A stretch of DNA of 64,000 nt. It comes from a virus. Shown here in pieces: positions 1-9,938 of the stretch. The position numbers were made by a program, and so were the translations under genes. Positions within the stretch are counted from its first letter, which is position 1. The number at the start of each line of letters is the position of its first letter. The stretch spans positions 24,898-88,897 of the IMG/VR virus record IMGVR_UViG_3300020177_001482. One strand, written 5' to 3'. The notes under the pieces are model-generated. The model did not search any database, had not been told where the DNA came from, and worked only from the letters and a program-made list of their open reading frames with translations.

Positions 1-2
1 AG

Positions 3-2639
3 AAGGACGAGGACAAGATATACGTCGTAGAACGTGATCCCAAGAAGGGCAGGATATTCACGGAGTATGATGCCAGGTACGTGTTCTACTATGAGGACGC
101 CAGGGGCAAACACAGATCAATGACCGGTGCACCATTACAGCGGGTGCAGTGTGCCACACACAAAGAATTCATAAAAGAACAGAGGATAAGATCCAACAAG
201 CAACTGTACGAGAATGATATCAATCCTGTGTTCAGGTGTTTGGAAGAGAACTACTTGGGCAAGGAGACGCCCAAACTAAACGTGATGTTTTTCGATATTG
301 AAGTTGACTTCGATCCCGATCGAGGTTATTCAACAACAGATGATCCGTTCATGCCCATAACTGCCATAAGTTGTTACATGAGCTGGACGGACCAACTGGT
401 CACATTCGCAGTACCTCCCAAAACTATCAGCATGGACGATGCCAAAGAACTCACAAAAAGATTTGACAACACAATGCTTTTTGAAAAAGAGAAAGATATG
501 TTGGACGCATTCCTAGAACTAGTGCAGGACGCAGACATACTGTCGGGTTGGAACAGTGAGGGATATGACATTCCATACACAGTGGGTAGGATACAGAAAG
601 TGTTGAGTTCAGACGACACAAGACGTCTTTGTTTTTGGGGTGAAAAGCCAAGAAAGAGAGTGTTCGAGAAGTATGGTAGGGAACAGTTGAGTTTTGACCT
701 AGTGGGACGTGTACACTTGGACTTGTTGGAACTATACAGGAAATACACATACGAGGAAAGACACAGTTTCAGACTAGACGCAATTGGTGAACACGAGTTG
801 GATGAGAGAAAAACTGTCTACGAGGGCTCGCTCGATAACTTGTACAAGAACGACTTTGGATTGTTCATAGAATACAACAGACAGGATACTGCACTGTTGG
901 CCAAACTGGAGAAGAAATTGAAGTTCATAGAACTGGCCAATGAGATAGCACACCAAAACACTGTACTACTACAGACAACGATGGGTGCGGTCGCGGTCAC
1001 AGAACAGGCAATCGTAAATGAAACACACAGACGTGGAATGCAGGTACCGGCCAGGAAGTACAAGAAAGACGGTGAAGAGAACCAACCGGCGGCAGGAGCA
1101 CACGTGGCCACCCCACAAAAGGGAATACACGACTGGATAGGATCTGTTGACATAAACAGTCTGTATCCAAGTGTTATTAGAGCATTGAACATGGGTCCTG
1201 AAACCATAGTTGGACAGATTAGGCCAGTGATTACTTCAGCAGAGATCAACAGGGCCAAACACGCCAAGAAATCATTCGCGGCGGCATGGGACAGCCAGTT
1301 TGGTAGTTGGGAATACCAAGCGGTCATGAACCAAGAGAAGGGCACAGAGATAATTGTTGATTGGGAAGACAAGACCAGTGTGCGTATGAGTGCGGCACAA
1401 CTGTACGAGATAATATTCGATGGCAATAACAAATGGATGCTAAGTGCTAATGGCACAATATTCACATACGAGCACGAAGCAATCATTCCAGGTCTGTTGA
1501 AGCGTTGGTACGCGGAGAGACAGGAAATGCAAAAAAAGATGCGTGAGTGTGGAGACAACGAGATCGAAAGAGAATATTGGGACAAGAGACAACTTGTAAA
1601 GAAAATTAATCTAAACAGTCTGTATGGTGCGATCCTAAATCCAGGCTGTAGATTCTTTGACATAAGAATTGGACAGAGTGTTACACTCACAGGCAGGTGT
1701 ATCACCAAACACATGGCCAGCAAAGTCAACGAGATCGTGGCGGGCAAGTATGACCACAAGGGCGAGAGTGTTGTGTATGGAGACACAGACTCCGTTTACT
1801 TCTCAGCATACAAGACATTACAGAAAGAGATCAATGAAGGTATCATACCGTGGACCAAAGACTCCGTCGTGGCACTGTACGACAGGATTGCAGACGAGGT
1901 CAACGGATCTTTCAAATCATTCATGACTAAAGGCTTCCATTGTCCTAGCACGAGGGGTGAAGTTATAGCGGCGGGCAGAGAACTTGTTGCATCAAAAGGT
2001 CTGTTCATCACAAAGAAAAGGTATGCCGTGCTTTACTATGACAAGGAAGGTAAACGTGCAGATGTTGACGGCAAGGATGGCAAGATGAAGGCCATGGGAC
2101 TGGATCTCAAACGTTCAGACACACCTGTTTTCGTGCAGGATTTCCTGAGTGATCTCCTATACATGGTACTGACAGGGAAAACAGAAGAGCAAGTGCTAGA
2201 AAAAATTAGTGAATTCAGAGCAGAGTTTAAATCTAGGCCAGGGTGGGAGAAAGGTTCTCCCAAGAGGGCAAACAACATGACCAAGTACACTGCGGCCGAG
2301 GAGAAGGCCGGTAGAGCAAACATGCCGGGACACGTGAGGGCCAGCATGAATTGGAACAGGTGCAGGGAAATGTATGGCGACAAGTACAGTATGCCAATCA
2401 CGGATGGTGCCAAAGTGATAGTGTGTAAACTCAAAAACAATCCGTTAGGCTACACGAGTATCGCATATCCGGTGGACGAGATGCGTATTCCTGAATGGTT
2501 CAAGGAACTGCCGTTCGACAGTGATGCCATGGAAGCAACGATACTTGATCAAAAGATAGACAACCTCATAGGAGTCTTGGGTTGGGACGTGCAATCAACT
2601 GAGACCACGAACACATTCAACAAACTGTTTGAATTCTAA
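3..2639 (+). CDS. Family B DNA polymerase (T4 gp43-like), 5' end truncated by the window edge
   Basis: Exo I DIEVD, Exo II GWNSEGYDIPY, polymerase motifs DINSLYPS, KxxxNSLYG and YGDTDS. The frame is open upstream of 81 (KDEDKIYVVERDPKKG...) to the window edge. Confidence 0.97.
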   Translation, partial: KDEDKIYVVERDPKKGRIFTEYDARYVFYYEDARGKHRSMTGAPLQRVQCATHKEFIKEQRIRSNKQLYENDINPVFRCLEENYLGKETPKLNVMFFDIEVDFDPDRGYSTTDDPFMPITAISCYMSWTDQLVTFAVPPKTISMDDAKELTKRFDNTMLFEKEKDMLDAFLELVQDADILSGWNSEGYDIPYTVGRIQKVLSSDDTRRLCFWGEKPRKRVFEKYGREQLSFDLVGRVHLDLLELYRKYTYEERHSFRLDAIGEHELDERKTVYEGSLDNLYKNDFGLFIEYNRQDTALLAKLEKKLKFIELANEIAHQNTVLLQTTMGAVAVTEQAIVNETHRRGMQVPARKYKKDGEENQPAAGAHVATPQKGIHDWIGSVDINSLYPSVIRALNMGPETIVGQIRPVITSAEINRAKHAKKSFAAAWDSQFGSWEYQAVMNQEKGTEIIVDWEDKTSVRMSAAQLYEIIFDGNNKWMLSANGTIFTYEHEAIIPGLLKRWYAERQEMQKKMRECGDNEIEREYWDKRQLVKKINLNSLYGAILNPGCRFFDIRIGQSVTLTGRCITKHMASKVNEIVAGKYDHKGESVVYGDTDSVYFSAYKTLQKEINEGIIPWTKDSVVALYDRIADEVNGSFKSFMTKGFHCPSTRGEVIAAGRELVASKGLFITKKRYAVLYYDKEGKRADVDGKDGKMKAMGLDLKRSDTPVFVQDFLSDLLYMVLTGKTEEQVLEKISEFRAEFKSRPGWEKGSPKRANNMTKYTAAEEKAGRANMPGHVRASMNWNRCREMYGDKYSMPITDGAKVIVCKLKNNPLGYTSIAYPVDEMRIPEWFKELPFDSDAMEATILDQKIDNLIGVLGWDVQSTETTNTFNKLFEF

Positions 2640-2642
2640 ATA
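2637..2642 (+). promoter_or_regulatory. TAAATA T4-like late-promoter core, 5 nt before ATG 2648
   Basis: ctaaatatcattATG; the same geometry precedes the structural genes on the - strand. Confidence 0.55.
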
Positions 2643-2647
2643 TCATT

Positions 2648-3445
2648 ATGTTAAGCATAGAAGAAATAAAATTACTGATAGAAAAACTTGAAAAAGTCAA
2701 AAAAGAGGATCTGCAGGAGTTGATAGATTCAAATCTAAAGATACTTAAGGACATTGAGTTGGCTGTTGATGCCAACAATAAGGACGTTATCAATAGACTA
2801 GACAAGACACCAGAATGGTTCCAACGTGATCTTGATGAGAAGCAAAAGATACCCATGACAGACCCTACGCTACAGAGATTCGTACAGAGCAAGATATTCC
2901 AGTTCGCGAGGACAAACATCTATAACAGCCTAGAGATAGGACCAGGCAATGGAATGTTCTCCATGGACTTCAGGACGTGGAAATTAAACTTTTTTTTAGA
3001 TATCACACACAGAATCGAGCCGCCTATACGGAAAATGTTTCCTCCTGCACACCAAAAATATCTAAAATTTTACAAGACTCGCAATACTGAATGTTCAAAT
3101 ATACCACAGGCGAGTTGTAACTTTGTCTTCAGTTGGGACACATTCGTTTTCTTCACACAACAGCACGTGCAACAGTACCTACATGACATCAAAAGGATAT
3201 TGATCCCAGGAGGTTACGTATTCATACAATACGCTGACTGCCATTATGATCAAGAACTAAATCTAGCCAAGCGGGGATATTGGAACTACAACACCAAGAC
3301 TGCCATGACACAGATGATCAAGGACGAAGGATATGAGGTAGTTGAGATGAACCAGTTCCGACCCGGTGCCAGTTATGCCATATTCAAGAAACCTGGTAAA
3401 CAAAATCCAGTTGTGTATAAAGTTTCTGAAATAACACTAGACTAA
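2648..3445 (+). CDS. Class I SAM-dependent methyltransferase
   Basis: Motif I LEIGPGNG, post-II FVFSWDTFVF, and LIPGGYVFI. Confidence 0.8.
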   Translation: MLSIEEIKLLIEKLEKVKKEDLQELIDSNLKILKDIELAVDANNKDVINRLDKTPEWFQRDLDEKQKIPMTDPTLQRFVQSKIFQFARTNIYNSLEIGPGNGMFSMDFRTWKLNFFLDITHRIEPPIRKMFPPAHQKYLKFYKTRNTECSNIPQASCNFVFSWDTFVFFTQQHVQQYLHDIKRILIPGGYVFIQYADCHYDQELNLAKRGYWNYNTKTAMTQMIKDEGYEVVEMNQFRPGASYAIFKKPGKQNPVVYKVSEITLD

Positions 3446-3466
3446 GACCTAAATATCCTATACAAT
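3438..3466 (+). promoter_or_regulatory. Composite promoter: TAGACT..TACAAT with embedded TAAATA
   Basis: tagactaagacctaaatatcctatacaat, nearly identical in its 3' half to 14527-14544. Confidence 0.55.
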
Positions 3467-3475
3467 AAGAACATT

Positions 3476-4213
3476 ATGATAGACATCTTAAAAGACATCG
3501 TTAAACATACGCATGGACTGGGATTCTTGGATCTTGTTAAGATCACTGGAGACGATAAGGAAACTACAATCGACTCAATGGCCGAAGACAGATCTGTGAT
3601 CCTACAGGGGTCTTTCCACAAGCCACAGACGGAGATGACGGGTACGTTTGGTATGCCACAGATGGGCAAACTGGACATACACTTGAAGTGTCCGGAGTAC
3701 AAGGAGAAGGCGAACATAACTGTGTTGTCCGGTGAGAGAAACGGTGCGACCATTCCCACAGGAATCCATTTCGAGAACGAAAAGGGTGACTTCAAGAATG
3801 ACTACAGATTCATGAACGCTGAGATCATCAACGAGAAACTTAAGACCGTGAAGTTCAAGGGTGTTAAGTGGGACGTGGAGATCGAACCCTCCGTGGCTAG
3901 TGTGCAGAGATTCAACTTCCAGGCAACAGCAAACACCGAACACAACTCCTTTGTTGTGAGGACCGAGGATGGGAACTTGATTTTCACTTTCGGTGATCAG
4001 GCATCACATGGTGGTGAGTTTGTATTCGCAACTGACGTTAAGGGAACACTTAACAAAGGTTGGAGTTGGCCGGTAGGACAGGTGCTACAAATACTTAAAC
4101 TATCAGACTCGGCAAAGGTCACATTACACTTCTCTAACGAGGGTGCGATGCAGGTCTCTGTTGATTCGGGATTGGGCAAGTATCAATACATCATACCAGC
4201 ACAGGCGCAATAA
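3476..4213 (+). CDS. Probable DNA polymerase sliding clamp (gp45/PCNA-like)
   Basis: 245 aa, clamp-like alternating beta/alpha pattern ending in YQYIIPA, located next to the polymerase. Fold is inferred. Confidence 0.6.
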   Translation: MIDILKDIVKHTHGLGFLDLVKITGDDKETTIDSMAEDRSVILQGSFHKPQTEMTGTFGMPQMGKLDIHLKCPEYKEKANITVLSGERNGATIPTGIHFENEKGDFKNDYRFMNAEIINEKLKTVKFKGVKWDVEIEPSVASVQRFNFQATANTEHNSFVVRTEDGNLIFTFGDQASHGGEFVFATDVKGTLNKGWSWPVGQVLQILKLSDSAKVTLHFSNEGAMQVSVDSGLGKYQYIIPAQAQ

Positions 4214-5661
4214 TGACGACAGATAATAGTAAGCAGGAACACCTAGGGGAGTTAAGCAGAGACTTCGCTGTGTTCTTGCCTGCTATATCTAACTTCTACA
4301 ACACGTTTATCAGCAAACAGAGAGTTTCAGAAGGCAAACACATCTCAGAAGACAGGATTCCAAAAGGCTTTGAGAATGGTGTTGAAGGACTAAACTTTAT
4401 CAATCCAAAAGAAGGAATGTTCACTTACCCCACAGCACTGTACTCGGCGGGACATGCCTGCTTGGACATGGAAAAGGTTGGCGACAGAGATCATATGTTC
4501 GTGAACAGAGATAGAGAATTTTCTACTATAGTAGGCGACTCAGGTGGATACCAGATAGGTAAAGGTGTAATAAAATTTGATTGGAAGGACTTCGAGGGTA
4601 ACAAGGCAAACAAAGTTAGATCTGACATACTAAACTGGCTAGAGCTCACAAGCGATTGGGCCATGACACTTGACGTACCAACCTGGGCGGCAGATGATTT
4701 AAACAGCCCAAAAACAGGATTGAACAGTTTCCAGGACACGCTGGACGGTACCATATACAACAACAAGTTCTTCCAGAAGAACAGGCTAGGACAAACAAAA
4801 CTATTGAACGTGTTACAGGGAGATGACTGGAACACAGCACAGATATGGTATGATGCTGTCAAAGATTTTGAATTCGAAGGATGGGCCATGGGTGGTATCA
4901 ACATGTGTGACATGGAAGTCATGCTCAAACGTCTAATCATAATGAGAGATGAGAAGAAACTGGACGGCAAAGATTGGATGCACGTACTAGGTACGTCACA
5001 GATGGATTGGGGTTGTTATCTTACACAGGTACAGAGACAGGTTAGGAAACACATAAACCCGAACTTCACAATAAGTTTTGACAGTGCATCAGCATTCTTA
5101 TCAACTGCTAATGGACTTGTATATACACACAACTCATTCACTCCAGACAGGTGGTCGTTCGTGATGGACAAGGCACCGGATGATAAAACACTGAAAGGAT
5201 CCGATATACAGTTTCCGTTTGACAGTGGCATTGGACGTAGATTGAAAATGAAAGATGTATGTTGGTATGGCGAGCAGGACGTTAACAAGAATGGTAAAAT
5301 TGGTGCTACAAGTTGGGACAGTTTCAGTTATGTATTAATGATGGCCCATAACGTGTACAATCAGATCAGGGCAATACAGATTGCAAACGACTTGAATGAC
5401 ATAGAATCAAGGAAATACAGACCAGAAGTAAAACACTGGAGAAAAACAAAAGCAAGTGACAAGACAGACGAACCAAGCATATACGTTCCGAGGAACATAC
5501 TGTACTTCAACACTTTAGTGGAAGAGGTGTTTACTAGTGAGAAACCTATGGAAGTAATTGCAAACGCATCAAGTTATCTAGCAGACATCAGGGGCAACAG
5601 ATGGGCCAGAGCAACAGGCGGTGGTAAAGGTACGAACAATTTCAGTTCTTTATTTGAATAG
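4213..5661 (+). CDS. dpdA: TGT-superfamily guanine transglycosylase, DpdA-like (7-deazaguanine insertion into DNA)
   Basis: TGT motifs DSGGYQ, LDVP, VLQG, GWAMGG, HVLG, SFDS and late HN; clustered with folE/queD/queE in a phage. Confidence 0.8.
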   Translation: MTTDNSKQEHLGELSRDFAVFLPAISNFYNTFISKQRVSEGKHISEDRIPKGFENGVEGLNFINPKEGMFTYPTALYSAGHACLDMEKVGDRDHMFVNRDREFSTIVGDSGGYQIGKGVIKFDWKDFEGNKANKVRSDILNWLELTSDWAMTLDVPTWAADDLNSPKTGLNSFQDTLDGTIYNNKFFQKNRLGQTKLLNVLQGDDWNTAQIWYDAVKDFEFEGWAMGGINMCDMEVMLKRLIIMRDEKKLDGKDWMHVLGTSQMDWGCYLTQVQRQVRKHINPNFTISFDSASAFLSTANGLVYTHNSFTPDRWSFVMDKAPDDKTLKGSDIQFPFDSGIGRRLKMKDVCWYGEQDVNKNGKIGATSWDSFSYVLMMAHNVYNQIRAIQIANDLNDIESRKYRPEVKHWRKTKASDKTDEPSIYVPRNILYFNTLVEEVFTSEKPMEVIANASSYLADIRGNRWARATGGGKGTNNFSSLFE

Positions 5662-5670
5662 GAGGACAAC

Positions 5671-5874
5671 ATGGTAACAAAAAGAAAAAAAAGCAAAAAA
5701 CTAAAGAAACTACAAGACGAGCACCAGTATCTCGATAAAAAAGTGGCACAACTTACCAAAGACAGACTCAAGGACAGGAGTACCGAAAGCAAGGAGGTGC
5801 TTACCAGATTGAAAAGGACCAAATTGATGATCAAGGATGCCATCGCAAGAGCAAAAGCGACATTGACAAACTAG
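5671..5874 (+). CDS. Small basic coiled-coil protein, DUF465/YdcH-like
   Basis: LQDEHQYLDKKV...LKRTKLMIKDAI pattern; GGAGG RBS upstream. Confidence 0.6.
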   Translation: MVTKRKKSKKLKKLQDEHQYLDKKVAQLTKDRLKDRSTESKEVLTRLKRTKLMIKDAIARAKATLTN

Positions 5875-5891
5875 TCATACAGTAATATAAT
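5863..5891 (+). promoter_or_regulatory. Consensus sigma70-type promoter
   Basis: TTGACA-17 nt-TATAAT; ATG 5898 follows 6 nt after the -10. Confidence 0.85.
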
Positions 5892-5897
5892 AAGAAC

Positions 5898-6434
5898 ATG
5901 GACAGAGATTACAAAACAGGCAAGAGTGCGAGTGTAGGTGTGTTTTCAGGTCTGGAAGTGGAACACACCCCAGCATTTGGTAAACAGACATTGTTCCTGG
6001 CCAGGAACGATCTTTACTATGACCAGATAGAGGAGATGGCCAAGAAGGTTGGTGCTGAAGCAATTTACTTTGGGGCAAATAGGACATTCATGTACAATCA
6101 CGCAACGCAGATCAATCAGATAATCAGGTTGCTTAGGAAAGGCTACTACGTGACCATAGACTATCCACACTCAATACACAAAGAAGTCAAAGCGAGATTT
6201 GAAGGCATATGGACACACGAGAAGTTCATACCTTTCTGTTCAATCATATTCCCCAAATCCGAGGATGACGATAACCTGTGTATCAAGGTAGATGATGTTG
6301 ATTTCGACAGCACAAATCCAGGCGTTTGGACGATGACAATGAATCATTTCAAACAGAGTGCAGGATTCACGTCTTGGAAAGAATACAAACAGGACGAACC
6401 AATAGAGGAGAGTGATGCCAAAGAAGCAGTCTAA
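5898..6434 (+). CDS. Hypothetical phage protein
   Basis: 178-aa ORF directly behind a consensus promoter. Confidence 0.75.
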   Translation: MDRDYKTGKSASVGVFSGLEVEHTPAFGKQTLFLARNDLYYDQIEEMAKKVGAEAIYFGANRTFMYNHATQINQIIRLLRKGYYVTIDYPHSIHKEVKARFEGIWTHEKFIPFCSIIFPKSEDDDNLCIKVDDVDFDSTNPGVWTMTMNHFKQSAGFTSWKEYKQDEPIEESDAKEAV

Positions 6435-6603
6435 GTACAGAGAAGGTCTAGCCAGTTACAATGCCTGGATCAAAGACAATAAGAAATTAGAAAAGATGGG
6501 TATGTATGGTGCCGATCATTTTGTTAAAAGAGTAGAAGAACTAGAAGCACAAGTTGAATTATTACAAGACATGTTAGAAAAGGAAAGGAAACGAAACAAA
6601 TGA
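6412..6603 (+). CDS. Hypothetical small coiled-coil protein
   Basis: Fills the gap; ATGA overlap with the next gene. Confidence 0.6.
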   Translation: MMPKKQSKYREGLASYNAWIKDNKKLEKMGMYGADHFVKRVEELEAQVELLQDMLEKERKRNK

Positions 6604-7025
6604 GCACTGAAGACATGAGAGATCAAGCTCTGAAAGAGCAGGCCAACAAGGGCACCAAGATGATATGGGTCACTTTCAGAAAGGAAGGCATCCACAAGTA
6701 TCCAGCGGCACTGGACGATCCCAAACTGGCGACAGGTGACGAGTATGATGTGAGTTTCCTGGGACATCCACACAGGCACATATTCCATTTCAAGGTCGCC
6801 ATAGAAGTGTTCCACGATGACAGAGACATAGAATTCATACAGTTCAAGAGATGGATGGAGAACATGTACGCGGACGGTACGATGAAATTAGACTACAAGA
6901 GTTGTGAGATGATATCAGATGATCTATACATAGCCATAACGAAAAGATATCCAGGTAGAAAGATTGAAATAGACGTGGCGGAGGACGGTGAGAATGGCTC
7001 ACACGCAGTATATGAAAGAGATTAA
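6600..7025 (+). CDS. queD: QueD-like / 6-pyruvoyl-tetrahydropterin synthase-like T-fold protein
   Basis: Metal-ligand-like H..HPHRH, DIEF and SCE motifs; size and context with folE/queE. Confidence 0.65.
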   Translation: MSTEDMRDQALKEQANKGTKMIWVTFRKEGIHKYPAALDDPKLATGDEYDVSFLGHPHRHIFHFKVAIEVFHDDRDIEFIQFKRWMENMYADGTMKLDYKSCEMISDDLYIAITKRYPGRKIEIDVAEDGENGSHAVYERD

Positions 7026-7332
7026 ATTCAAAGAGAAAAGAGCAACATCAAGGATGGGATACCTACCCATAGAAGGTGGTGGCTTGAACGCTTCATACAC
7101 GACAGTGGACGCAGTGGCGAATATATGCACGACTGCGGGCAATCTGGGAATGAAGTATGGCAAGGATTTCATCTGGTCAGGCACAGACTGGGATGACAAT
7201 GACGACGACTGTATCACTCTGATGGTGAAGGAAGACAAGTACGAATCTTTCCTACATCTTGCCCTGCAGAATGACCACAGGATAAAACACACAGACAAGG
7301 GCGAAATCAAACTGATCAAGGAGAGAAAATAA
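7012..7332 (+). CDS. Hypothetical protein
   Basis: ORF coupled to neighbours (TAATG overlap at 7330-7334). Confidence 0.65.
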   Translation: MKEIKFKEKRATSRMGYLPIEGGGLNASYTTVDAVANICTTAGNLGMKYGKDFIWSGTDWDDNDDDCITLMVKEDKYESFLHLALQNDHRIKHTDKGEIKLIKERK

Positions 7333-7754
7333 TGGACTTAAAAGAAAGTAAAACAGCAGAGAACCTCAAAGACGCTTTCGCAGGTGAAAGCCAAGCAAAC
7401 AGAAGATACCTTTACTTCGCTCAGAAGGCGGACATCGAGGGAGCACCAGATGTGGCGGCGGTATTCAGATCGACTGCGGAAGGTGAAACGGGACACGCAC
7501 ACGGACACCTAGAGTACCTGGAAGAAGTTGGAGATCCAGCGACAGGTGAGAAGATGGGTGAAACAGAGGACAACCTCAAGAGTGCTATCGCAGGTGAGAC
7601 ACACGAGTACACAGACATGTACCCAGGCATGGCGAGAACAGCCAGGGACGAAGGATTCGATGAGATCGCTGACTGGTTCGAGACACTTGCAAAAGCAGAG
7701 AAATCACACGCAGGCAAGTTCCAGAGAACACTGGACGCATACAAGGGAGCATAA
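7332..7754 (+). CDS. Short rubrerythrin (ferritin-like diiron protein, no rubredoxin domain)
   Basis: [25 protein letters not shown] and EKSHA ExxH motifs. Confidence 0.93.
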   Translation: MDLKESKTAENLKDAFAGESQANRRYLYFAQKADIEGAPDVAAVFRSTAEGETGHAHGHLEYLEEVGDPATGEKMGETEDNLKSAIAGETHEYTDMYPGMARTARDEGFDEIADWFETLAKAEKSHAGKFQRTLDAYKGA

Positions 7755-8290
7755 TGAGAGTACCATACACTAACTTCAAGACAAGGATAGGTGACAACGA
7801 CGCAGTGGGTGGTTGCACTTTCATAGGCGGTGAATGGAAAGAAGTTGATACTGCGGAAATATTTGACGATAAAAAAGTTGTTGTGTTCGCCCTTCCGGGG
7901 GCGTTCACACCCACTTGCAGTTCCCAACAACTACCAGGATACGAAGAGAAGTATGATGAGCTGAAAGCACTTGGTGTTGACGAAGTTTATTGCTTGTCTG
8001 TAAATGACGCATTCGTAATGAATGCTTGGTTCAGAGACGAGAAGATAGAGAAGGTGAAACCGATCGGTGACGGAGAAGGTGTGTTCACACAGGGCATGGG
8101 CATGTTGATCAACAAACCAAAACAGGGTTTTGGAATGAGATCATGGAGATATTCAATGCTGGTAGACAACGGAGAGGTTGTGAAAACATTCGTCGAAGAA
8201 GGTAAGAACAACGCTAGTGAAGACAATGATCCTTTCGAAGTATCTGACGTTGACACAATGATCAAACACTTGAAGGAAAATGCCGGGTAG
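7754..8290 (+). CDS. Peroxiredoxin, Prx5/redoxin family
   Basis: PGAFTPTCS active site, [15 protein letters not shown]. Confidence 0.95.
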   Translation: MRVPYTNFKTRIGDNDAVGGCTFIGGEWKEVDTAEIFDDKKVVVFALPGAFTPTCSSQQLPGYEEKYDELKALGVDEVYCLSVNDAFVMNAWFRDEKIEKVKPIGDGEGVFTQGMGMLINKPKQGFGMRSWRYSMLVDNGEVVKTFVEEGKNNASEDNDPFEVSDVDTMIKHLKENAG

Positions 8291-8474
8291 TTGGGACGGC
8301 AAGTCAAGACCGTCAAACTCCAAATACAGGGAGAACTATAACGATATCTTTAAGAAGAAGGAAACTTGTCCTTGCGGCAGGTCACCAATTGGTAGATGTG
8401 TTGGATGGCATGGATTGACAGAAAGCGAATATCAAGTTAAACTAGCAGAATGGAAAGAAAAACATGCTGATTAG
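8280..8474 (+). CDS. Small protein with CDGSH-like Fe-S motif
   Basis: CPCGRSPIGRCVGWH resembles the C-x-C-x2-S-...-C-D-G-S-H [2Fe-2S] motif. Confidence 0.55.
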   Translation: MPGSWDGKSRPSNSKYRENYNDIFKKKETCPCGRSPIGRCVGWHGLTESEYQVKLAEWKEKHAD

Positions 8475-8772
8475 AATGATATTTGAACCGGAAGCCAATG
8501 TGAACTGTAATCACGACAGGATGTTCGAATACTACAGTGAGAACTATCTGAGTGACTTTGACACCAACTGGGGTGGCACAATAGTCATGGACAACTTCTC
8601 GAAGAAACACTATAGGCAAGAACCTTGTTACCAGAGGTACATAGAAAATTCCAAAGGCGATCAAGAAACTCTAAATAAGATCATGGAATACGTCACACAG
8701 AATCCAATGGCAGGATACACAACACACATATACGCAAACCCACAAGGGGGAAATGAGGTCAAACAATTATGA
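8464..8772 (+). CDS. Hypothetical protein
   Basis: Overlapping ORF in the operon. Confidence 0.6.
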   Translation: MLIRMIFEPEANVNCNHDRMFEYYSENYLSDFDTNWGGTIVMDNFSKKHYRQEPCYQRYIENSKGDQETLNKIMEYVTQNPMAGYTTHIYANPQGGNEVKQL

Positions 8773-9938
8773 AGATATTTTACATGGGCCTAGAGCCCTA
8801 CGAAGGCAGATACACACTACAGTTACAGGACTGGACAGAGAGGGCATACAACAAAAGAGGAATTGATTACGTTGTGGTACCAGGCACAACCATAGATGAC
8901 ACAAAAGCGATCAGTGTGGGACAGGTGCTTGATGCACACGGCAGAAGTTACTTTGGCATGAGCCAGATGATGAATCTGGTACAGATGATGAGGAACGGTG
9001 AGGTGACGAACAAGGATGTGATATTCTTCGAGGACATGTTCCAACCAGGCATGGAATCACTGCCTTACATCTTACACCAAGTAGATGAGAAACACAGACC
9101 AACGATATATCTGAGATGCTTGGCACAGGCCATAGATCCCGACGACTTCGTACACGTGTGGGGCATGAGCAAGTGGATGAGCATGTACGAACAGATGTGT
9201 AATGAAATTCCCAACGTAAAAATACTAGCGACCAATGAAGAGATGGTGGCACACATGAGAATAGCAAACTGGTCGGCACCCATATACAACATATCAGGAT
9301 TGAGCTTTGGCAAGGAAGAGGTACAAGGCAGAGTACCAGACAGGAAACCTTTCATTGAAAGGAAACAGAGAGTGATTTTTGGAGCGAGATGGGATCAAGA
9401 GAAACAGCCACAGTTCTACATGACGCTGGCATTGAAATACAAAGAGAAACACCCAGACGTTGAATTCGCGATATGTCAAGGTGGTCCATTGAGATCGAAC
9501 AATCAATTCTTTGTGGACGAGGCCAAGTATCTTGCGAAACAAGGCACAATCACAATACACGAGAACTTGAAGAAGAACGAGTACTACGAACTACTCGCAG
9601 ACTCAAGGGTGATGTTCAACTGTGCTTTACAGGACTGGGTGTCAAACACAGTCAGTGAAGCAGACGCAATGGGTTGCAACACACTGTTTCCGGCATACAG
9701 GTCATTCCCGGAGACTTTCGCAAATGACCACACCAGAATGTATGTTCCATGGTCGATGGAAGACGCAATGAACAAACTAGATGTATTATTAAGCAAACCA
9801 TCCCCTAGTATAGGTAAATTATCTGATTGGACCAACGGTACCATAGACAGGATGATAGACATTATGACAGGCAAGGGTGAACAATGGAGAAGAGATGGAC
9901 AACACTACAGAAACGCAGTATCAGAATCCAAATATTAA
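8769..9938 (+). CDS. GT-B fold glycosyltransferase (GT4-like)
   Basis: ARWDQEKQP and NCALQDWVSNTVSEADAMGC, a variant of the E-x7-E nucleotide-sugar motif. Confidence 0.8.
   Translation: MKIFYMGLEPYEGRYTLQLQDWTERAYNKRGIDYVVVPGTTIDDTKAISVGQVLDAHGRSYFGMSQMMNLVQMMRNGEVTNKDVIFFEDMFQPGMESLPYILHQVDEKHRPTIYLRCLAQAIDPDDFVHVWGMSKWMSMYEQMCNEIPNVKILATNEEMVAHMRIANWSAPIYNISGLSFGKEEVQGRVPDRKPFIERKQRVIFGARWDQEKQPQFYMTLALKYKEKHPDVEFAICQGGPLRSNNQFFVDEAKYLAKQGTITIHENLKKNEYYELLADSRVMFNCALQDWVSNTVSEADAMGCNTLFPAYRSFPETFANDHTRMYVPWSMEDAMNKLDVLLSKPSPSIGKLSDWTNGTIDRMIDIMTGKGEQWRRDGQHYRNAVSESKY

Noticed and set aside
818-1786. 322-aa antisense ORF, and many other opposite-strand ORFs such as 15484..16002, 44457..45170 and 44920..45720
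   Set aside because: Shadows of well-supported genes; no motifs or initiation signals.
3-2639. Intein or intron in the DNA polymerase
   Set aside because: Motif spacing and length are normal; no insertion.
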